Of a DNA stretch of 64,000 nt, positions 50,473 to 59,705 are shown in pieces. This stretch comes from an uncultured delta proteobacterium (GTDB lineage: Bacteria; Myxococcota_A; Polyangia; Polyangiales; Polyangiaceae), in assembly GCA_963782055.1 (NCBI GenBank), contig CAWAIF010000003.1, positions 6,688,001 through 6,752,000 of the forward strand. Reading direction: 5' to 3'. The translations under genes were made by a program, and so were the position numbers. A model generated the notes under the pieces. That model was not told the DNA's origin and did not search any database. It saw only the letters and a list, made by a program, of their open reading frames with translations. Positions within the stretch are counted from its first letter, which is position 1; every line of letters begins with the position of its first letter.

Positions 50473-50495
50473 GTATGATATATAGGTTCCCATAC
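50473..50495. promoter_or_regulatory. AT-rich inverted repeat between divergent HPP and marR genes, candidate MarR operator/promoter
   Basis: GTATG-ATATATAGGTTCC-CATAC in a 58-bp intergenic gap. Confidence 0.5.
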
Positions 50496-50496
50496 A

Positions 50497-51054
50497 ATGG
50501 CTACCCATGGAACTGCGCGCGCGTCGCCCGCGCGCGTTCGCCGCCCCAACCCCCGCGGCGAGGACGCACGCGACCCGGCGCTCCGCACGGTCCTCGACGG
50601 CTTCCGGCACGTGGTCCAGCAGCTCCGGGCGTACTCGGCGCGTGCGGAGGGGGAGACGGGCGTCACCGGGGCGCAGGTGTTCGTCCTCTACGCCCTGGCG
50701 GGCGCGCCCGCGCTCTCACTCAACGAGCTGGCGCGGCGGACGGCGACGCACCAGAGCTCGGTCTCCGTGGTGGCGCAGCGCTGCGAGGCCAAGGGGCTCG
50801 TCGAGCGCCGCCGCTCCGCCGAGGACGGCCGCCGCGTCGAGCTGCGGCTCACGGCGCGGGGCCGCGCCCTGCTGCGACGCATCCAGGAGCCGCCGCAGGC
50901 GCGCCTGCTGCGCGGCGTCGCCTCGCTCCCCACCGGCGAGCTCGCCGTGCTGGCGTCGGCGATGCGACGCGTGACCGCAGCTCTGGAGGACACCAGCGCC
51001 ACGCCGACCATGTTCTTCGAACCCACGACCAGCAAACATGACCACGACACCTGA
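50497..51054 (+). CDS. MarR family transcriptional regulator
   Basis: G.T.AQ..VL, S..ELA, S.VS, GLV.R..S.ED.R...L.LT..G. Confidence 0.9.
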   Translation: MATHGTARASPARVRRPNPRGEDARDPALRTVLDGFRHVVQQLRAYSARAEGETGVTGAQVFVLYALAGAPALSLNELARRTATHQSSVSVVAQRCEAKGLVERRRSAEDGRRVELRLTARGRALLRRIQEPPQARLLRGVASLPTGELAVLASAMRRVTAALEDTSATPTMFFEPTTSKHDHDT

Positions 51055-52852
51055 CCGTGCGGGGAGCGAGCTCGCGGGCGGCCGCCGCCTGGTGATCATC
51101 ACGCTCGCGGCGATCGGCGTGGCGGTCCTCGCCGCGCTCACGGCGCGCGTGCTCACGCGCGCCATCTACTTCGTCACCAACCTCGCCTTCTACCAGCGCG
51201 CCTCCTTCGCCCAGAGCGGGCCGGCGGGGCACCACCTCGGCGCCTGGGTCGTCCTGGTCCCGGTGGCCGGCGCTGTCGTCGTGGGCCTCATGGCCCGGTT
51301 CGGCTCCGCGGCCATCCGCGGACACGGCATCCCCGAATCGATGGAGTGCGTGCTCCGGGGGGAGAGTCGCATCCCGGCGCGCCTGACCTTGCTCAAGCCG
51401 CTGTCCGCCGCGATCTCGATCGGCACCGGTGGCCCGTTCGGCGCGGAGGGCCCCATCATCGCCACGGGCAGCGCGCTGGGCTCGCTCTTCGGTCAACTCG
51501 CCGCCGTCACCAACGCGGAGCGCAAGACGCTGCTGGCGGCCGGGGCGGCGGCCGGCATGGCGGCGACCTTCGGCACGCCCATCGCCGCCGTCTTCATCGC
51601 GGTCGAGCTGCTGCTCTTCGAGCTCCGGCCTCGCTCCCTCGTCCCCGTGACGCTCGCGAGCGTCACCGCGGCGGCGGTGCGCGCGTGGATGCTGGGCGTG
51701 GACCCCGTCTTCCGCGTCCCCGACCTCGCCCCACCCACACCCGGGGCGCTCGCCTGCTACGCGGTCGTGGGTGCGCTGACCGGCGTCGCGGCGGTCGGCG
51801 TGACGCGCGCGGTCTACTCCGTCGAGGAGTGGTTCGAGAAGCTCCCGGTCCACTGGATGTGGTGGCCGGCCATCGGCGCCGTCGCCGTCGGCGTCATCGG
51901 CTACGTCGAGCCGCACACCCTGGGTGTGGGCTACGACAACATCGAGCACGCCCTCGCCGGCTCGCTCACGCTCCGCGCGATCGCGGTCCTGTGCGGGCTG
52001 AAGCTCGTGTCCTGGGCGATCTCCCTCGGCAGCGGCACCTCCGGCGGGACCCTGGCGCCGCTGATGACCGTGGGGGCCGGCGTCGGCACGGTGGCCGGCG
52101 CGGCGATGCAGCTCGTCCTCCCCCACGCGCACGTCGACCTGCGGATGGCGGCGCTCGTCGGGATGGCGTCGATGTTCGCCGGAGCCTCCCGCGCCGCCCT
52201 CACCTCGGCGATCTTCGCCTTCGAGGCCACCCACCAGATCCAGGGCGTGCTCCCCGTCCTCGCCGGCTGCCTGCTCGCGCTACTCGTGTCGCTGGCGCTC
52301 ATGCGCCACACGATCATGACCGAGAAGATCGCCAAGCGAGGTGTACGCGTCGTCGGCGAGTACCGGGCGGACCCGCTGGAGGAGGCGGCGGCCACCGACC
52401 ACGCGTCGCGTCCGGTCACGCTCCGTGATCACGCCTCGCTCGGCGAGGTGCGCGCGTTCCTGCGCTCTGGCGCGGACGGCTCCCGCCACGCGACCTACCC
52501 GGTGCTCGACGCGGCGGGCGCGCTCGCCGGTCTGCTCTCGCGCCACGAGGTCACGGAGTCCGACGCGAGCGACACGGCGCCCGTCGGCGCCTTGCTGTCC
52601 GGGCTGCCCGCGACATGTCCGGCGACAGCCTCGCTCGCCGAGGCCGCCCACCTGCTCACCGCCCACGAAGCCCCCTGTCTCTGCGTGGTGGATGCGTCGG
52701 ACGCCCGCGCGCTCGTGGGCGTGCTCACCCGCGGCGACGTCCTGCGCGCGCACCGGCGGCGCGTCGAGGAGGGCGAGCTGCTGGGCGAAGCGAGCCTGCT
52801 GCGGAGCCTGCGCCGCCAGATCGCGGGAGCGTCGGGCCGCGCCGGTCCCTGA
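51038..52852 (+). CDS. ClC-family anion channel/antiporter with CBS domains
   Basis: GHGIPE, G.EGP gating Glu, GAAAG.AA.F..P, GVGY, SGG..AP; C-terminal CBS pair. Confidence 0.92.
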   Translation: MTTTPDRAGSELAGGRRLVIITLAAIGVAVLAALTARVLTRAIYFVTNLAFYQRASFAQSGPAGHHLGAWVVLVPVAGAVVVGLMARFGSAAIRGHGIPESMECVLRGESRIPARLTLLKPLSAAISIGTGGPFGAEGPIIATGSALGSLFGQLAAVTNAERKTLLAAGAAAGMAATFGTPIAAVFIAVELLLFELRPRSLVPVTLASVTAAAVRAWMLGVDPVFRVPDLAPPTPGALACYAVVGALTGVAAVGVTRAVYSVEEWFEKLPVHWMWWPAIGAVAVGVIGYVEPHTLGVGYDNIEHALAGSLTLRAIAVLCGLKLVSWAISLGSGTSGGTLAPLMTVGAGVGTVAGAAMQLVLPHAHVDLRMAALVGMASMFAGASRAALTSAIFAFEATHQIQGVLPVLAGCLLALLVSLALMRHTIMTEKIAKRGVRVVGEYRADPLEEAAATDHASRPVTLRDHASLGEVRAFLRSGADGSRHATYPVLDAAGALAGLLSRHEVTESDASDTAPVGALLSGLPATCPATASLAEAAHLLTAHEAPCLCVVDASDARALVGVLTRGDVLRAHRRRVEEGELLGEASLLRSLRRQIAGASGRAGP

Positions 52853-52915
52853 TGGGACGCGCGGATGTGGCGCCCATGAAGGTCGCCTTCGCGCGGTCCG
52901 CCGCGAGGCGGGCGG

Positions 52916-54253
52916 TCACTGCACGACCCGCTCGTCCTCCTCCTCTTCCTTCTTCGGCTCGTCCACCTTCGACTCCGCCTCCGGCAGGTCGAACAGCTCC
53001 TTGAGCACCGCGACCAGATCGCCGGCGCCGCCGTCCGCGGCCGCCGTGCGCAGGCGTGTCATCGGCGAGTGGAGCAGCTTGTTGGTGGCGCTCTCCACCA
53101 TCTGCGTGAGGGCCGCGCGCTCGGTGTCGCCCAGGTGCTTCAGCTTGCCGGAGAAGCTGCGCTCCAGCTCCGCGGTGAGCACGCCCTTGGTCCGCGCGCG
53201 CAGCGCCACGATCGCCGGCTGCACGTCCAGGCCGCGCGCCCACGCGAGGAACTGCGTGAGCTCGTGCGCGACGATCTTCTCGGCGGCGTCCGCCTCCCCC
53301 TTGCGCGCCTCGAGCCCCTGCGCCACCTGCTGCTCCAGGTCGTCGACGTCGAAGACGTAGACGTTGTCGATGCCGTGGGCGGCCGGGTCCACGTTGCGCG
53401 GGACGGCGATGTCGACGAAGAACAGGGTGCGCCCCTTGCGCTGCTTCATCACCCGCTTGACCATCTCGCGCGTCACCACGAAGGTCGGGCTGGCGGTGCT
53501 GGCGACGACCACGTCGGCCTGCTCCAGCTCCTGCTCCAGCGCCGTCAGCGGCGAGGCGGCGCCTCCGAGCTGCGAGGCGATCGCCTCCGCCCGCTCCAGG
53601 CTGCGGTTGCACACCCGCACCGCGCGCGCGGTCTTGCCCAGGCTGCGCGCCGCGGCCTCCGCCATCTCCCCCGCGCCGATGAGCAGGACGGTGCGCTGCG
53701 AGAGATCGCCGAAGATGCGCCGCGCGAGGTCCACCGCCACGCTGGAGATGCTCACCGTGCCCGAGCCGAGGGCCGTCTCGGTTCGCACGCGCTTGGCGAC
53801 GGTGAAGGCGCGGTGCACGCACCGCCCGAGGTGGCTCTTGAGGGTGCCGGCGATCATCGCGGCGTCGTAGGCGCTCTTGACCTGCCCGAGGATCTGCGGC
53901 TCGCCCAGGACCATGGAGTCCAGGCTGGCGGCGACGCGGAAGATGTGGCGCACCGCCTCGTCGTTCTCCTTCTCGTACAGGACGCTCACCAGCTCGGCGT
54001 CGGGCACGCGCGCCTGCTCCGCCAGCTCCTCCCGCACCGCCTTGAGCGCGGAGGCCCGGCCCTCCTCGGTGGTGACCCTCGGCCGGGCGAAGACCTCCAC
54101 ACGGTTGCAGGTGGAGAGGAACATCACCTCCGCGAGCTCCTGCCGGGCGGAGAGGCGCGCCAGCACGTGCGGCAGCGCGTCGGCCGCGGCGGCGAAGCGT
54201 TCTCGCACCTCCACGGGGGCGGTGCGGTGGGAGAGGCCCACCACCAGGATCAC
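52916..54253 (-). CDS. hemA: Glutamyl-tRNA reductase
   Basis: GLSH.TAPV.VRE, STCNR.E, SLDSMVLGEPQILGQVK, IGAGEM, DIAVPR. Confidence 0.96.
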   Translation of the reverse strand: MILVVGLSHRTAPVEVRERFAAAADALPHVLARLSARQELAEVMFLSTCNRVEVFARPRVTTEEGRASALKAVREELAEQARVPDAELVSVLYEKENDEAVRHIFRVAASLDSMVLGEPQILGQVKSAYDAAMIAGTLKSHLGRCVHRAFTVAKRVRTETALGSGTVSISSVAVDLARRIFGDLSQRTVLLIGAGEMAEAAARSLGKTARAVRVCNRSLERAEAIASQLGGAASPLTALEQELEQADVVVASTASPTFVVTREMVKRVMKQRKGRTLFFVDIAVPRNVDPAAHGIDNVYVFDVDDLEQQVAQGLEARKGEADAAEKIVAHELTQFLAWARGLDVQPAIVALRARTKGVLTAELERSFSGKLKHLGDTERAALTQMVESATNKLLHSPMTRLRTAAADGGAGDLVAVLKELFDLPEAESKVDEPKKEEEEDERVVQ

Positions 54254-55101
54254 GAGCCGCCCCCCATCATGGCCACGTGCTCCGCACCGGAGAGGCCGCG
54301 CACGACGTAGATGAGGAGCACGACCACGGCGAAGCCGAAGCCGGCGATGGTGCCGTACGCCGCGCGCTTGCCGCGCCAGCCGGCCGCGGCGCGCAGCAGC
54401 AGCACCGCCGCGAAGAGCCCCCAGGTCGCGTAGCCGAAGGCCGCGCGCCACACGTCGGCCGCGCTCCCCGACTCGACGCGCGCCGCCCACACCGCGCCGG
54501 TGACGATGCCCACGGTGAGCGGGAAGAAGCCAGCGAGCAGGAAGCCGTACTCGGCGCGATCCAGCGCATCCAGCGGGGGCAGCCGTTGCAGCAGGCCCGT
54601 CACCTTCTTCTTCTTGAGCTGCTTCTCGGCGATGAGGTAGGCGACCGCCGCCGCGAAGGCGAGGGAGAAGAGGGCGTCACCCAGCGTGTTGGCGATGATG
54701 TGCACCGGCAGGACGGCGCTCTTGATGCGGCCGGTGCTCGTGGCGTCGGCGGAGACCACCTGCGAGGCGATGAGGAAGGTCAGCGCCAGCGGCGCCACGA
54801 TGACGCCCACGACGTCGATGCGGTAGCGCAGCCGCATGATGAGGTACGCCACGCACGCCAGCAGGGACACCACGCTCAGGGCGTAGTGGATGCCCTTGAT
54901 GGGACACACGTCCAGCACCAGAGAGGAGACGACGATGTGCGTGGCGTGCAGCAGCGCCCCCACGCCGACCAGCGCCACTCCGACCTTGAGCGCGCGCGGA
55001 AACCGGGCGCTCCCGGAGAGGTGCGCCAGGAACGCGGCGCACGCCGCCGAGTACGCCAGGGCGGTCGAATAGAGCAGTAGGGTGGAGAGCACCGGGCTCA
55101 C
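54250..55101 (-). CDS. ccsA: Cytochrome c assembly protein, CcsA/HemX family
   Basis: About 8 TM helices, H...., LPPL..LD, G..TG..W, GWRG.RAA; upstream of hemA. Confidence 0.82.
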   Translation of the reverse strand: MSPVLSTLLLYSTALAYSAACAAFLAHLSGSARFPRALKVGVALVGVGALLHATHIVVSSLVLDVCPIKGIHYALSVVSLLACVAYLIMRLRYRIDVVGVIVAPLALTFLIASQVVSADATSTGRIKSAVLPVHIIANTLGDALFSLAFAAAVAYLIAEKQLKKKKVTGLLQRLPPLDALDRAEYGFLLAGFFPLTVGIVTGAVWAARVESGSAADVWRAAFGYATWGLFAAVLLLRAAAGWRGKRAAYGTIAGFGFAVVVLLIYVVRGLSGAEHVAMMGGGS

Positions 55102-55125
55102 GCAGCGGGAGTATAGCGCGCCGGC

Positions 55126-55752
55126 CTAGCCCCGCAGCGCTTCCTTGCGATACGCGAAGGCGGCCTTCACCCGCGAGAGCGCGCGGTACGCGTGGTCCAT
55201 GCGCATGAGGGCGTCCAGCACGGCCGGGGTGGTCATGTCCGACGCGCGCGCGGCGGGAAGAAGCGCCTCGATCGCCGTCGTGGCGTCCTCGGCGTGGAAG
55301 AGTGCGCCGGGCAGCAGCACGACCGCGCCCGTCTCGGCCAGACCCACGACGCGGCCGTCCACCAGCCCGGCGGCGCTGGCGAGGGCGTCGCGGAGGCCGG
55401 CCGCGTCCGTCGTGGCCAGCAGCTCGACCCCGCTCCAGACGTCGCGCAACAGCCAGGCCCCGCCCTCTGGCGACGCGCGGAAGAGGCCGCGGTGGGCCCG
55501 GGCCATCGGCTCGGCCCAGGCGCGCGCCCCCGCCGGCAGCTCGTCCGCGAGCTCCCGGGCGAGGCCGGCGGAGGTGACCGCGTCGTCCCAGAAGGCGCCG
55601 CTCCGCGCCTCGAACCAGGGGTCGTCCGGGCCGAAGGCGCCGGTCCGCGCCTCGAACGCGCGCCGGAGCTCGGCCACCCGGGCGGCATGCGCGTCGGCGG
55701 CGACGCGCTGGACGGCGAGGATGGCGTCGGCGAGGTCCACGGCTCGTTGCAC
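55126..55752 (-). CDS. Hypothetical protein
   Basis: ORF fills the gap; F...TG.F..DD.WFE.R...FWD motif-like segment. Confidence 0.6.
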   Translation of the reverse strand: MQRAVDLADAILAVQRVAADAHAARVAELRRAFEARTGAFGPDDPWFEARSGAFWDDAVTSAGLARELADELPAGARAWAEPMARAHRGLFRASPEGGAWLLRDVWSGVELLATTDAAGLRDALASAAGLVDGRVVGLAETGAVVLLPGALFHAEDATTAIEALLPAARASDMTTPAVLDALMRMDHAYRALSRVKAAFAYRKEALRG

Positions 55753-55784
55753 TCTACGACGAGGTGCGCGAGCATTGGGGGTCG

Positions 55785-56195
55785 ATGCAAAATCGCGTTT
55801 TTTTCCCGCAGGGGGCGTTCGACCGGTGGCTCGTGGAGGGTGCGGTGGAGCTCAACGGCAAGGAGCTGACCATCCTGGCCGAGCACCGCACCTACCGCAT
55901 CGCCGAGGCGGTGCGTGTGCTCAAGGAGGTCACCGGCGCGACGGACGCCAACGACGTCGTCGGCAAGGTCAAGTCACGCGTCTTCTTCGAGGAGCTCGGC
56001 GCCGAGATCCTGGAAGGGTCCATGATCATCGGCGACAACGCCTACGACGTCGTGTCCGGCTGGCTGGGCGTCCCCACCACCAGCTTCGAGGACCACGTGC
56101 GCGCGCGCGGTGGTCGCGGGGACTTCCCGGCGGAAGAGCCGCGGACGGACGAAGACCTGCTCGCCCGCTTCCTGATTGGCGGCGTGCGGCATTGA
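55785..56195 (+). CDS. Conserved-looking hypothetical protein
   Basis: GC3-rich codons, globular composition (VGKVK...LGAE....SM.IGDNAY.V). Confidence 0.7.
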   Translation: MQNRVFFPQGAFDRWLVEGAVELNGKELTILAEHRTYRIAEAVRVLKEVTGATDANDVVGKVKSRVFFEELGAEILEGSMIIGDNAYDVVSGWLGVPTTSFEDHVRARGGRGDFPAEEPRTDEDLLARFLIGGVRH

Positions 56196-56248
56196 CGGCA
56201 CCGACGGCATTGACTCCCGCGCCCGCGCGTCCCATCCCTCTCTGATCG

Positions 56249-56974
56249 ATGCCCCTCCCGCCCACGTTCGACGTGCGCCTCTCCCGCGCGCGCATGCTGA
56301 CCCCCTACGTCCGCGAGCTCGTCTTCGAGCGGGCGGACGGGGCGGCGTTCGCCTTCGAGGCCGGGCAGTGGGTGAGCCTCGCCCTCCCGCTCGAGCCGGA
56401 GGAGCTCAAGCGGAGCTACTCCATCGCCTCGCGCCCGGACGGCTCTCCGCGCTTCGAGGTCGCGGTGACGCACGTGGACGGCGGCCCCGGCTCGACCTAC
56501 CTGCACCGCATGGAGCCCGGCGCCTCCCTGCGCGCGATCGGCCCGCAGGGCTTCTTCACGCGCCCCGCGGGGGCCACCGGCCCGTCGCTCTTCGTGGCGA
56601 CCGGCACCGGCGTCACGCCGCTGCGGAGCATGCTCCACGACGCGATCGCCCGGGGTGACACGCAGCCCTTGTGGACCCTCTTCGGCGTGCGCGAGGAGGG
56701 CGACATCCTCTACCGCGAGGAGCTGGACGCGCTGGCGCGCGAGCACCCGCACGTCCGTGTAGAATACACGCTATCGCGCCCGCACGCGGCGTGGACGGGG
56801 CGGCGCGGGTACGTGCAGTCGCACGTGCCGGAGCTGTGGAAGGAGCTCGGGGCCTCCGGGACACCTCACGCGTACGTGTGCGGGCTGCAGCGGATGGTCG
56901 GCGCGGTGCGCGATCTCCTCCGCAAGGAGATGAGCGTGGCGCGGCAGCAGGTCCACTCCGAGCGCTACGACTGA
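56249..56974 (+). CDS. Ferredoxin-NAD(P)+ reductase-like FAD/NAD-binding oxidoreductase
   Basis: F.AGQ, RSYSIAS, G.GS.YL, GP.G.F, ATGTG.TP, YVCG...M, E.Y. Confidence 0.9.
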   Translation: MPLPPTFDVRLSRARMLTPYVRELVFERADGAAFAFEAGQWVSLALPLEPEELKRSYSIASRPDGSPRFEVAVTHVDGGPGSTYLHRMEPGASLRAIGPQGFFTRPAGATGPSLFVATGTGVTPLRSMLHDAIARGDTQPLWTLFGVREEGDILYREELDALAREHPHVRVEYTLSRPHAAWTGRRGYVQSHVPELWKELGASGTPHAYVCGLQRMVGAVRDLLRKEMSVARQQVHSERYD

Positions 56975-57393
56975 CCGCGCGTGGCGGCGCACGCGCGAAG
57001 CGTCCAGGACGGGAGGTCCACCTCGGGCCGGTCCGGCTGGAAGAGATCGAAGCGCACCCAGCCTCGCCCGATCTCCGGCGCGGCGGCCGCTCCGGCCTGG
57101 AGCGCCGCCGCGTGCAGCGAGCCCGGAAGCCGGAAGCAGACCGAGAACTGGCCGAGACCCAGGGCGAAGATCCGGCGCCGTGTGAGGAGGGCCACGTAGC
57201 GAAACCCGGCAAAGGACGGGCTGAAGGCGATGCAGTCCCCGCAGGGCTCGGCGGCCCGCAGCAGCGCCTCGCCGGTGTCGGAGTGACACGAGGGCGAGGT
57301 CCGCGCGAGATACCCGAGTACGTCCTGCTGCGTCTCTGCGTCGACGAGCTGCGTGAGCTCCCCACCCTCGACGAAGCGGACGCCGTCACGCAT
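56965..57393 (-). CDS. Hypothetical protein
   Basis: Plausible ORF (FRLP...A...GA......G.GWV.F). Confidence 0.5.
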   Translation of the reverse strand: MRDGVRFVEGGELTQLVDAETQQDVLGYLARTSPSCHSDTGEALLRAAEPCGDCIAFSPSFAGFRYVALLTRRRIFALGLGQFSVCFRLPGSLHAAALQAGAAAAPEIGRGWVRFDLFQPDRPEVDLPSWTLRACAATRGQS

Positions 57394-57453
57394 GCGCCGG
57401 GGCGTACCACGCGGCGAGGCACTTCACCACGCGGGCCGCCCGGAGATCGCCTT

Positions 57454-57945
57454 CTACGGGCCGGTGCAGTTCTCCACGGTCATCGCCATGTTCAGGTCCA
57501 CCGTGCGCGAGTCGCCCGCGAGCGCGAGGCCCGGGCACTGCGCGGCGAGGCCCAGATCGTGCCCCTCGCTCCACCGGTTGGGCGCGACGGTGCACGTCCC
57601 CGCGAAGTCCGCGCCGCCGACCGTGGCGGTGATCGTCGCGCTCGCCGAGTCGTCGGCGACGACAATCCTCATGCGCGCGAGGCCGTTGGCCGCGCCGACC
57701 TGGCTGATGTCCGCCGTCCACGTGCCGCCGGCGTACTGGCAGGTGCCGAAGAACCCGCTGCCCGACCCGGGCGGCGGGTCCACGGGCGTGTGGTCGGAGA
57801 CCAGCCACGGGTCCGGCGTCACGTCCGCCTGTTTTGTTTGGTGGATCGTCAGGCGGGCCACCCCGGAGAGGCCGAGCGCGGAGCTGCCGCAGGCTGTTGC
57901 GAGGACCCAGAGCGCGACCGGGAGGAGACGTCGAGTGCGTGGCAT
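57454..57945 (-). CDS. Hypothetical lipoprotein
   Basis: Lipobox LATAC; beta-rich with paired Cys. Confidence 0.6.
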   Translation of the reverse strand: MPRTRRLLPVALWVLATACGSSALGLSGVARLTIHQTKQADVTPDPWLVSDHTPVDPPPGSGSGFFGTCQYAGGTWTADISQVGAANGLARMRIVVADDSASATITATVGGADFAGTCTVAPNRWSEGHDLGLAAQCPGLALAGDSRTVDLNMAMTVENCTGP

Positions 57946-58003
57946 CCGCGGAGCGTATCCGAAGCGCGGGCCGTGGGTTAGAACGGGGCGTGGAGGAACG
58001 CTC

Positions 58004-58600
58004 ATGGCCACCAAGCGCCGCGCATCCACGACCAGACCCCGACCTGCGACGACCGCCCGCGTCTCCCCGACCCGACCGGGGCTCGGCCGCGATTTCGACC
58101 TCAAGACCTTCTGGAAGAAGTCGGACTGGGCGAAGAAGGACTACATCGACGCGCCGCTCACTCCGACGCGCCTGGCGCGCGTGGAGAAGGCGCTCGGCTA
58201 CAAGCTCCCCAAGGCATACGTCGCGCTGATGAAGCACCAGAACGGCGGGATCCCGCGCAACGGCAACCACCGCACGAAGAAGCGGACATCCTGGGCCAAG
58301 GACCACGTCGCCGTCAGCGGCATCTTCTCCATCGGGAACCGCAAGCCTTCCTCGCTGTGCGGCGGGTGCGGCAGCCAGTTCTGGGTCGACGAGTGGGGCT
58401 ACCCGCCCATCGGCGTCTACTTCGCCGACTGCCCCTCCGCCGGCCACGACATGCTCTGCCTCGACTACCGCAAGTGCGGCCCGAAGGGCGAGCCGCAGGT
58501 CGTCCACGTCGATCAGGAGAGAGACTACAAGATCACCTTCGTCGCGAAGGACTTCGCCTCCTTCGTCCGCGGCCTGGAGCCCGACGAGGCCTTCGACTGA
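58004..58600 (+). CDS. SMI1/KNR4 (SUKH) family protein
   Basis: GGAGG RBS; E..LG.KLP..Y..LM..QNGG, SAGHD..CLDYR.CG..GEP.VV.VD.E, A.DF..F. Confidence 0.9.
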   Translation: MATKRRASTTRPRPATTARVSPTRPGLGRDFDLKTFWKKSDWAKKDYIDAPLTPTRLARVEKALGYKLPKAYVALMKHQNGGIPRNGNHRTKKRTSWAKDHVAVSGIFSIGNRKPSSLCGGCGSQFWVDEWGYPPIGVYFADCPSAGHDMLCLDYRKCGPKGEPQVVHVDQERDYKITFVAKDFASFVRGLEPDEAFD

Positions 58601-58632
58601 AGCGCCCCGCGCGAGGTGGTAGGGTCGCGCGC

Positions 58633-59388
58633 GTGGGCACCTGGCTCGAACGCTACACGGCGGGGGAGACGGAGCGCGTCTGGGCGGAGATGGTCGCCCG
58701 CGGGGCCGCGGTCCGCGACGACCCCGCCTTCCTCTGGGACGCGACGGCCGTGGCGCGCGAGACGATGCGACGCGTCCGTGCGAACGCGGAGACCGTCCAC
58801 CGGCGGCTCGGCGACATCGGCTACGCCTTCATCCGCCCCAAGGCGGCGCTGGTCGCGCCCGCCGCCCGCGTCGCCGGCCAGATCCGCAAGGTGGAGGCCG
58901 CGCTCGGGCCGTTGCCGCTCTCCCTCCACGCCTTCTACGAGATCGTCGGGGCGATCGACTTCCGGCAGTCGTGGAAGCAGCTCGTGAACATCTACGCGCG
59001 CGAGAAGCGCCGCGAGGTCCCGGAGGTGCTCTACCTCGGCGAGGCCAACCCGCTCGTCGTCCACCCCGTTCGCGACATCCTCGCCGCGCTGGCGAAGAAG
59101 CCGGGCGCCACGAAGCTCTACTTCTGCTTCGCGCCGGACGAGTTCCACAAGGCCAACTACAGCGGCGGCGAGAACTATCACCTCGACCTGCCCGATCCCG
59201 CCGCGGACGTCCCCATCCTGGGCATGTACGGGGTCGAGGAGACGTTCGTCCAGCACCTCCGCGAGTGCTTCCGCTTCGGCGGGTTCCGTGGCCACATCGA
59301 GAGTGAAGAGGACGGTGACACCTCGTGGAAGGTGCCGCCGCGCATGACAATCACGCGGGAGCTGGCGAAGGGTCTGCTGCCGCTCTGA
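58633..59388 (+). CDS. Hypothetical protein, SMI1/KNR4-like
   Basis: E...G.LPLSL..FY..VG, APD..HKAN.SGG, F..YLR-like segment, GGF. Confidence 0.65.
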   Translation: MGTWLERYTAGETERVWAEMVARGAAVRDDPAFLWDATAVARETMRRVRANAETVHRRLGDIGYAFIRPKAALVAPAARVAGQIRKVEAALGPLPLSLHAFYEIVGAIDFRQSWKQLVNIYAREKRREVPEVLYLGEANPLVVHPVRDILAALAKKPGATKLYFCFAPDEFHKANYSGGENYHLDLPDPAADVPILGMYGVEETFVQHLRECFRFGGFRGHIESEEDGDTSWKVPPRMTITRELAKGLLPL

Positions 59389-59509
59389 CCGGCGGCGCGA
59401 CACCTCGTCCGGGCCTCGGGGAGGGGTTGATGTGCCCGGTGGAGTTCTTAAGTTGAGAACGTCCGGCGCGCGGGTGCCGAGTGCCGGGCGCCTTCGAAAG
59501 GCGGCTCCC

Positions 59510-59662
59510 ATGTATGCCAAACCGCGACAAGGGTCGCGTGCCCGCCGTCCGGGCGTCCTCCGGCGCGTTCGCGCCGCCGTGCGCCGCTGGCTCCGTGCTC
59601 GGCTGAGCGAGCCGGGCCCGGTGGTCGACTACACCGGCCCGTGGCTCCACGGCCCGGTCTGA
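59510..59662 (+). CDS. Possible small Arg-rich peptide
   Basis: Short ORF in an intergenic gap downstream of an AT-rich palindrome; no RBS or motif support. Confidence 0.25.
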   Translation: MYAKPRQGSRARRPGVLRRVRAAVRRWLRARLSEPGPVVDYTGPWLHGPV

Positions 59663-59705
59663 GGCCTCCCCATCGGCGACGTCCCAGGCGAGGCGCGCCC
59701 GCTCG

